IMG/VR virus record: IMGVR_UViG_3300008120_000241
Coordinates: 1 to 64,000 of that record
From: a virus
Reading direction: 5' to 3' (one strand)
Length of the DNA: 64,000 nt
Part shown: positions 57,778 to 64,000 of the stretch, in pieces
Position numbering within the stretch: the stretch's first letter is position 1
Layout of the letters: every line of letters begins with the position of its first letter
Made by a program: the position numbers and the translations under genes
The notes under the pieces: generated by a model
The model's database searches: none
Told to the model about the DNA's origin: nothing
The model's input: only the letters and a program-made list of their open reading frames with translations

Positions 57778-58155
57778 ATGAAAAAAGTAATTAAATTAAC
57801 AGAATCGGATTTAACTCGTATTGTTAAACGAGTAATCCAGGAAGTAAACGATGAATTTGACGATGATTCAGTTATTGACAATAATTTCAATCAAGAAGAA
57901 TATGATGAATTATTGGACCAAGCGAGGGAATTTTTATGTCGTGAAATTGGTTTAGAAGAAGATGAGGTTTACAATATGAGTGATGACCAAATTATTGGTG
58001 AAATTAAATATTATGATAAAGGTTTATATCGTAGATTAGAAGAACTGAAATATAGTAAACCTGTTGATTTAGATGAACCATACGATTCAATTGGTGGGTA
58101 TTCAGTAAATGATTTGAGAAGAACTTTTAAAAATTATAAATACGACAAAAAATAA
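57778..58155 (+). CDS. Leader-B cargo protein
   Basis: MKKVIKLTESDLTRIVKRVIQEV. Confidence 0.8.
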   Translation: MKKVIKLTESDLTRIVKRVIQEVNDEFDDDSVIDNNFNQEEYDELLDQAREFLCREIGLEEDEVYNMSDDQIIGEIKYYDKGLYRRLEELKYSKPVDLDEPYDSIGGYSVNDLRRTFKNYKYDKK

Positions 58156-58341
58156 ACAATATTGAGTAATAAAATAATGTAATCCACCATAAAAGGTGGA
58201 TTTTTTGTATCTAATAATTGGGGAATATCAAAAAATATTCCCTTTTTTTATATTAAATCCACATTTTTTTAACTTTTTTCAAAGTGACGCATATTTATTA
58301 GGAAAAATAAACTTTTTATAAGGCAAATATTGCAAAATTTT

Positions 58342-59718
58342 ATGGAAAAAAATAAATCTGTAGTTGAACAAGCTTTATTGCAAATGAAAGCAATAGAAGA
58401 GGCTATCAGTGAAAATGCAAAAGGAATACTTGCTTCTACCATGAAGGAAGAAATCGCAGAACTAGTAAAAGAATCCTTAAAGGAAAAAACTAAACTTACC
58501 GAACAAGATGAAGAAGATTCAGAAATGGATGTAGAAATGGAAGACGATATGGAGGTTGAAGATGAAACAGGTGATGTTGAATTTGATGCTGAAATGGAAG
58601 ATGAAGGTGAGGATGATTCAGAAATGTTAGATATGGATTTTGACATGGAAGATGATAACGAGGATGAACTACCTCCACTTGACTTAACTCAAGCTTCAGC
58701 TGATGAGGTTTTGAGAGTATTTAAGGCAATGGGTGATGAAGATGGTATCATTATTAAAAAACAAGATGATGGTGACATCCACTTGGTTGATAACAATAAT
58801 GACACTGAGTATTTAATCACATTTGGTGGTGAGTCGGCAGAAGCGGAATCTATGAATATGATGGAAAATTATATGGACGAAGAAGAAATGGATGAATCTT
58901 GGTCTGAAGAAATGGATGAAGAGGAAATGGATGAAGAAGAAATGGACGAAGAAGAAATGGACGAAGAAGAAATGGACGAAAACGTTTATGAAATTGATCA
59001 AGAAACTTTGGAATCTGTTTTAGAATCATTCAAAGCTAAAGGAGTTGGAATGGGTAAACCTGGTTCAGGTATGAGCAAAACATCTGTTAACATGAAGGGT
59101 TTTAAAGAAGAAAAGAAATCCGGAGGTAAAGGTGTTGGAATGGGTAAACCAAATTTCAAATATCCTTCAAAAATGAAAGGTGGAGTAACTGAAACTGAAA
59201 CTGACGAAATGGAAGAAGCCGAAACAACTGAAGCTTCAAGAACTTTAGGTAGTGGAAGAAAGTGGGGAAGAAAAGGTTTACCAAAACCAAAGGCAGCCCC
59301 AAGACACCTTGAAGTTGAATCAATTCAAAGTGAATTAAACTTGTTAAGAGAAAAGAATGAAGAATACAAAAAAGCATTGGACTTTTTGAGAAAGAAAATG
59401 GACGAGGTTGCTGTATTTAATTCTAATCTAGCGTACGCAACAAGATTGTTTACTGAACATTCAACAACAAAACAAGAAAAAATAAATGTACTTAGAAGAT
59501 TTGACAATGTTGAAACAATCAAAGAATCTAAGACACTTTACAAAACAATTAAAGATGAGTTATCCAATGAGACAACAAGTCAATCAATTACTGAAAGTGT
59601 ACAACAAAAAGTAGTTAAGACTCCTCAAAACGGATCATCAACAAATTTAATTGAAAGTAAAACGTATGAAAATCCTCAATTTATGAGAATGAAGGATTTG
59701 ATGACAAAAATAAAATAA
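58342..59718 (+). CDS. Prohead core scaffold (T4 gp22-like), with EEMDE tandem repeat
   Basis: Very acidic; directly upstream of the major capsid gene; 15-bp repeats ~58880-58980. Confidence 0.8.
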   Translation: MEKNKSVVEQALLQMKAIEEAISENAKGILASTMKEEIAELVKESLKEKTKLTEQDEEDSEMDVEMEDDMEVEDETGDVEFDAEMEDEGEDDSEMLDMDFDMEDDNEDELPPLDLTQASADEVLRVFKAMGDEDGIIIKKQDDGDIHLVDNNNDTEYLITFGGESAEAESMNMMENYMDEEEMDESWSEEMDEEEMDEEEMDEEEMDEEEMDENVYEIDQETLESVLESFKAKGVGMGKPGSGMSKTSVNMKGFKEEKKSGGKGVGMGKPNFKYPSKMKGGVTETETDEMEEAETTEASRTLGSGRKWGRKGLPKPKAAPRHLEVESIQSELNLLREKNEEYKKALDFLRKKMDEVAVFNSNLAYATRLFTEHSTTKQEKINVLRRFDNVETIKESKTLYKTIKDELSNETTSQSITESVQQKVVKTPQNGSSTNLIESKTYENPQFMRMKDLMTKIK

Positions 59719-59754
59719 ATAAACAATAAACTCAAATTTAAAAAACTAGAAAAA

Positions 59755-61575
59755 ATGGGAGCATTATTAGATTCAGGTCTTGTTGGTAACATCGGTTTAA
59801 AACACCTTAAAGTTATCAAAGAAGATACTATTAACAAATGGGATAAATTAGGATTCCTAGACGGTCTTAAAGGACATATTAAAGAGAACATGGCTCAATT
59901 ATATGAGAACCAAGCATCTCACCTAATTAACGAAGCGGCAGCAACTGATAGTTCAGGTTCTTTTGAAACTGTAGTATTCCCTATCGTAAGAAGAGTATTC
60001 TCTAAGTTGTTGGCTAACGACATCGTATCAGTACAAGCTATGAACTTACCAATCGGTAAATTGTTCTACTTTGTACCTAAAATCCAAGGGTATACAACTG
60101 CTAACCCTACAACTAACGGTATACATAACCAACCAATTGGAGCACCAGGTTCAACTGCGAACGTAGGTACTGGTTACAATGATGGTACTCAGTATGCTAA
60201 AAATCTTTATGATTTATTTTACGAAGGAGCTGAAGCGGCTTTAGATCCTCCAGGATTGTTTGATTACTCTAAAGGTGAGTGGACAGCGGTTACTGCTTCT
60301 AACGTAACTACTGTTGCTTGGTCTAACGGTACATTGGTTGCTAACGAAACATCTTACGAAACTTCAGGTGTAAGAAAAATGATTATTAAAGTTGGTGGTT
60401 TCGCAAGTGCTGGTGTTGGTAAATTAATCGGACCAGACGGAAACGAAATTGACAACGAATCATTCCTTTCTGACCTTAAAGTTATCAAAGGTGCTGGTTT
60501 AGTTCTTGACCCAGCTTCACCTTGTGCTGTTCCTGCTAACACACCATTATTATTTAGAGTTGTTACTCAACAATATGGTAAAGGAATTGTTGCTCCAACA
60601 TCTACTTCTACTCAAGCCACTTGGCCGGGTACTGGTAATGATGGTTTTTATGACAATATTTGTTCTCAAGACGGATTTATCTATTTAGAAGTTGACCTTT
60701 CTTGTCCTGCATGTGTTGATTGTGGTGCTACTACACTTGATGGTTACACAGGTGCTACTGTTTCTGCTGTAACTTCTGGTACTGCATTTACTGTAACATA
60801 CAAGAGATACAAAGAAATGGAATTTGAAGATAGAATCGGTGAAGTTTCTTTTGACCTTGAGTCAGTTACTGTATCTGTTACAGAAAGAAAACTAAGAGCT
60901 CAATGGTCTCCAGAATTAGCACAAGACGTTTCAGCGTTCCATAACATTGATGCTGAAGCTGAATTGACAGCTTTATTGTCTGAGCAAGTTGCTGCTGAAA
61001 TTGATAGAGAAATCCTAAGAGACCTTAGAAAAGGTGCTGCTTGGAACCTAAGATGGGATTACAACGGATGGAGAAGAATTCAACAAACAACTTCTTACAC
61101 TCAAAAAGATTGGAACCAAACTTTGATTACAGCAATCAACCAATTGTCTGCACAAATCCACAAATCTACTTTAAGAGGTGGTGCAAACTGGATTGTTGTT
61201 TCTTCTGAGGTTTCTGCAATCTTTGATGACCTTGAGTACTTCCACGTATCAAATGCTTCTCCGGAGCAAGATCAATACAACATGGGTATTGAAAGAGTTG
61301 GTACATTAGCAGGAAGATACCAAGTGTATAGAGATCCTTACTTCCCAGCTAACCAAATCCTTATCGGACACAAAGGTTCTTCTTTGTTAGATACTGGATA
61401 TGTTTATGCTCCGTATGTGCCTCTACAATTAACACCTACAATGTATAATCCATTTAATTTTACTCCAATTAAGGGGATTATGACAAGATACGCGAAGAAA
61501 ATGGTGAACAACAGATTTTACGCGAGAATTACTGTTGACGGTGTTAGAACGTTTGATTTACAAGAATTGAGATAA
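59755..61575 (+). CDS. Major capsid protein (T4 gp23-like)
   Basis: FPIVRRVF..L.A.DIVSVQ.M..P.G, RKLRAQWSPELAQD..AFH.IDAEAEL..LLSE....EIDREI, YAPYVPL, GIMTRY; predicted cleavage LINE60|A. Confidence 0.97.
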   Translation: MGALLDSGLVGNIGLKHLKVIKEDTINKWDKLGFLDGLKGHIKENMAQLYENQASHLINEAAATDSSGSFETVVFPIVRRVFSKLLANDIVSVQAMNLPIGKLFYFVPKIQGYTTANPTTNGIHNQPIGAPGSTANVGTGYNDGTQYAKNLYDLFYEGAEAALDPPGLFDYSKGEWTAVTASNVTTVAWSNGTLVANETSYETSGVRKMIIKVGGFASAGVGKLIGPDGNEIDNESFLSDLKVIKGAGLVLDPASPCAVPANTPLLFRVVTQQYGKGIVAPTSTSTQATWPGTGNDGFYDNICSQDGFIYLEVDLSCPACVDCGATTLDGYTGATVSAVTSGTAFTVTYKRYKEMEFEDRIGEVSFDLESVTVSVTERKLRAQWSPELAQDVSAFHNIDAEAELTALLSEQVAAEIDREILRDLRKGAAWNLRWDYNGWRRIQQTTSYTQKDWNQTLITAINQLSAQIHKSTLRGGANWIVVSSEVSAIFDDLEYFHVSNASPEQDQYNMGIERVGTLAGRYQVYRDPYFPANQILIGHKGSSLLDTGYVYAPYVPLQLTPTMYNPFNFTPIKGIMTRYAKKMVNNRFYARITVDGVRTFDLQELR

Positions 61576-61593
61576 TCAATATCTTTAGAATAA

Positions 61594-61624
61594 GAAAAAG
61601 GTCAGAGAAATCTGACCTTTTTTT
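61594..61624 (+). terminator. intrinsic terminator after the capsid gene
   Basis: AAAAAGGTCAGA/TCTGACCTTTTT. Confidence 0.85.
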
Positions 61625-61669
61625 ATTAACCTATTTACAATAATCATTTCTACGTTATATTTATATTAT

Positions 61670-62350
61670 ATGAAAAAGATAATAATTGATGATGAAACAC
61701 AAAAAGAAATTGTTAGACTGTATAATGATGAAATGTTAGGTAGCCCATCTATTTCTGAAAAACTAAACATCCCTAAACATATAATATTAAGAGTCCTTAA
61801 AGAAAATAACGTTAAAGTTGGTGTACCTGGTATGAAATATAAAGGTGGTAAAAGCGCATCATATAAAAGAAATTATCATAAATATAAAGATAAAAAATCA
61901 CAATACCATAAAGAATGGTCAGAAAAGAATAGAGACCGTTTAAATGAGTATCATAGGGACTGGAGGGACGAAAATAGAGATAAATGGAGAGAAAATAAAA
62001 GACTATATCAAAAAAAACGTAAAGATAGTGACCCCCTCTATAAATTAATCAGTAATTTCAGAACCGCAATTTACCAAGTACTTAAAGAAAGTAATGTTGA
62101 AAAAAATGGACGTTATTTTGAAGTTTTAAATTATTCAGCTCAAGACCTTATCACACATCTTGAAAAACAATTTAAGGATGGTATGAATTGGGAGAATTAT
62201 GGTAAATGGCATGTTGACCATATATTACCAATTTCATCTTTTGATATTAAAGAAATAGGAGATGAGGAATTTATGAAATGTTGGTCATTAGAAAATCTTC
62301 AACCATTATGGGGTCGTGACAATCTTATAAAATCAAATAATATTTTGTAA
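61670..62350 (+). CDS. HNH homing endonuclease with N-terminal HTH
   Basis: GMNWENYGKWHVDHILP...ENLQPLW..DN..KSN. Confidence 0.85.
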   Translation: MKKIIIDDETQKEIVRLYNDEMLGSPSISEKLNIPKHIILRVLKENNVKVGVPGMKYKGGKSASYKRNYHKYKDKKSQYHKEWSEKNRDRLNEYHRDWRDENRDKWRENKRLYQKKRKDSDPLYKLISNFRTAIYQVLKESNVEKNGRYFEVLNYSAQDLITHLEKQFKDGMNWENYGKWHVDHILPISSFDIKEIGDEEFMKCWSLENLQPLWGRDNLIKSNNIL

Positions 62351-62414
62351 ATAAGGTCATCAATTAGGTGTAAAATTGAATGGATTATAAATTTATTTTT
62401 TGTATCTTTATGGT

Positions 62415-64000
62415 ATGAAAACTACCCTATCTAATGATGATATTTTGGAGATCATTTCTTTATATCAAAATCAAATTCCCAGTACTCATAAATTGGCCGA
62501 AAAGTTTAAAGTTGGTCACAAGAAAATATCTCAAATTTTAAAAGACCATAATGTTGAGGTCAACAAAAAGGGTGGTCAAATTAAAACAGGACAAACAACT
62601 GAAATAGAAATCAACAAAACAAAAAAATACATACCAACAGATAATACCATTCTGGTTGCAAAATGTAAAAAAACGAACATTACTATTAATGACCCTAATA
62701 ATTTATCCGGTAAATTAACAAAACATATTATTGAACATTATGGTGATGTAAATATACCCCAAAATAATTACCAACGAAAAAAATATGAACTTGAACATAA
62801 CAAAAAATGGTTTGAGGGGTATTTTGATATTATAAGTGAAGAAAAAAAACAAATAAGAAAATGTTCTTTATGTGAATGGGAAACTAGTGATATAAATAAT
62901 AAAACTGGTTGTTTTGAACAACATATTATAAAAACACATAATCTCACAATGAGTCAATATCTTGATCAATTTCCGACAGAATATGTGTTTCATCCAAATA
63001 CCATTAAAAAAAATGAATTAAATAAAAAAGAAAATGTTGTTTTTTGTCAAATTTGTAATGAAAAAATGAAATCAATTACAAATACCCATCTAAAAAACAA
63101 ACACAATATGGATATTGAACAATATAAGTTAAAATTTCCAAATTCAAAAATAGTATCTGAAACAACATCCAAGAAATTAAGTGAAAGTACAAAATTATTA
63201 AACCAAACATTGGAACCCACTTGGACATCAAAAGGTGAATCCGAAATTAAAGAATTTTTGGAAACATTAGGGTTTGATGTTGTTAAAGGAAAAAATAGAA
63301 AAATATTGGAAGGTAAAGAAATTGACTTGGTAATACCCAGTTTAAAAATTTGTTTTGAATATGATGGTTTATATTATCACACCGAAAAAATGGGTAAGGA
63401 TTCAAAATACCATCTAAATAAAACTATTGATTGTTCTCTTATGGGTTATAAATTATATCACATTTATGAAGATGAATGGGTTAAGAATAAGGAACTTGTC
63501 AAAAATAAAATTAGACATATCCTAAATAAAAGTGAGGGAACAAAAATTGGTGCCAGACAAGTAAAAATAAAAAACATAACAAAAGAAGAAAAAACCAGAT
63601 TTCTGGATAATTTTCACATACAAGGTAATGACAAATCTGATGTCTATTATGGGGCGTTTTTTGGTGATGTTATGGTTGGTATTATGACCTTTAATAAAAA
63701 AAGAAATATGACCAAAACGCAAGATGGGGAATTTGAGTTATCAAGATATTCAACAAATTCTGGGTTTGTTGTTAATGGGTTGGCCTCAAAGTTTCTTAAA
63801 GTGTTTATAAATGATTATAACCCAAAACAAATCATTAGTTTTGCCGATAGGAGGTGGACCGTTAATCCGGATAATAATTTATATACAAAACTTGGGTTTG
63901 AATTAACATCAATTGTTAAACCATCTTATTATTACTATAGTTCAAAAATCAACAAATATAAAAGGTTTCATAAATTTTCTATGGGTAAAAATAATTTGAA
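62415..64000 (+). CDS. Hef-like/PD-(D/E)xK homing endonuclease with Zn fingers (partial, runs off the window; not in ORF track)
   Basis: ATG 62415 MKTTLSNDD...; CxxC...H fingers; SKGESEI, KEIDLVIP.LKICFEYDGLYYH, ELSRYS, ISFADRRW. Confidence 0.8.
   Translation, partial: MKTTLSNDDILEIISLYQNQIPSTHKLAEKFKVGHKKISQILKDHNVEVNKKGGQIKTGQTTEIEINKTKKYIPTDNTILVAKCKKTNITINDPNNLSGKLTKHIIEHYGDVNIPQNNYQRKKYELEHNKKWFEGYFDIISEEKKQIRKCSLCEWETSDINNKTGCFEQHIIKTHNLTMSQYLDQFPTEYVFHPNTIKKNELNKKENVVFCQICNEKMKSITNTHLKNKHNMDIEQYKLKFPNSKIVSETTSKKLSESTKLLNQTLEPTWTSKGESEIKEFLETLGFDVVKGKNRKILEGKEIDLVIPSLKICFEYDGLYYHTEKMGKDSKYHLNKTIDCSLMGYKLYHIYEDEWVKNKELVKNKIRHILNKSEGTKIGARQVKIKNITKEEKTRFLDNFHIQGNDKSDVYYGAFFGDVMVGIMTFNKKRNMTKTQDGEFELSRYSTNSGFVVNGLASKFLKVFINDYNPKQIISFADRRWTVNPDNNLYTKLGFELTSIVKPSYYYYSSKINKYKRFHKFSMGKNNL

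Larger units (their letters stand above)
1855..61664. promoter_or_regulatory. Late-promoter-like TATTTAT box upstream of >25 structural and leader-bearing genes (span covers dispersed sites)
   Basis: e.g. ~1856, 4127, 6212, 11304, 11800, 12464, 13294, 19339, 21813, 37204, 41047, 53489, 55214, 58292; minus strand before 22969, 24979 and rpsU. Confidence 0.8.

Noticed and set aside
58880-58982. EEMDE 15-bp tandem repeat as a separate element
   Set aside because: Low-complexity coding repeat within the acidic scaffold protein
163-63722. Numerous antisense and alternate-frame ORFs (e.g. 163..486-, 19408..19767-, 33635..33994-, 46859..47155-, 63522..63722-)
   Set aside because: Shadows of well-supported genes, with the Ser/Phe/Leu-rich composition typical of antisense frames
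1-64000. Stop-codon reassignment (alternative genetic code)
   Set aside because: Genes are dense and full-length in code 11; TAG and TGA terminate genes at sensible boundaries

Overview
64 kb of an AT-rich, large (T4-like head module) dsDNA phage genome whose host is very probably a Bacteroidota bacterium. The host evidence is a Bacteroidota-type bS21, a DUF4494-like gene, TAnnTTTG -7 promoter boxes, A-rich starts without Shine-Dalgarno sites and Gln-after-signal-peptide proteins. The right third holds the head module: terminase (frame-broken), portal with an HNH-bearing intein, a holin-like gene, antisense rpsU (bS21), gp21-like prohead protease, scaffold, gp23-like major capsid and two homing endonucleases. 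The middle holds a tmRNA with an unusual tag, a ClpC-like ATPase encoded as two genes joined by an atypically split intein (24-aa IntN, 133-aa IntC), a TnpB/IS605-type miniature remnant, and a beta-roll fibre protein. The most striking pattern is that roughly 30 otherwise unrelated genes start with one of a few stereotyped N-terminal leaders (MNLQENIRRILREE; MKKIVRLTESDLTRIVKRVIxE; others). The leaders end in [ILV]-x-E, the T4 gp21 protease site, mostly lie in units behind a TATTTAT late-promoter box, and are conserved at DNA level as repeats that bound swappable cargo domains. Cargo includes ADP-ribosyltransferase-like, ParB-like, PAP2 phosphatase, metallopeptidase, muramidase-like and Dps-like domains, and a cyanophycin-synthetase N-domain sits in the same array. 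I interpret this as a modular capsid-loading (address tag + cargo) cassette system. All family assignments come from motif recognition by eye; no database search was run.
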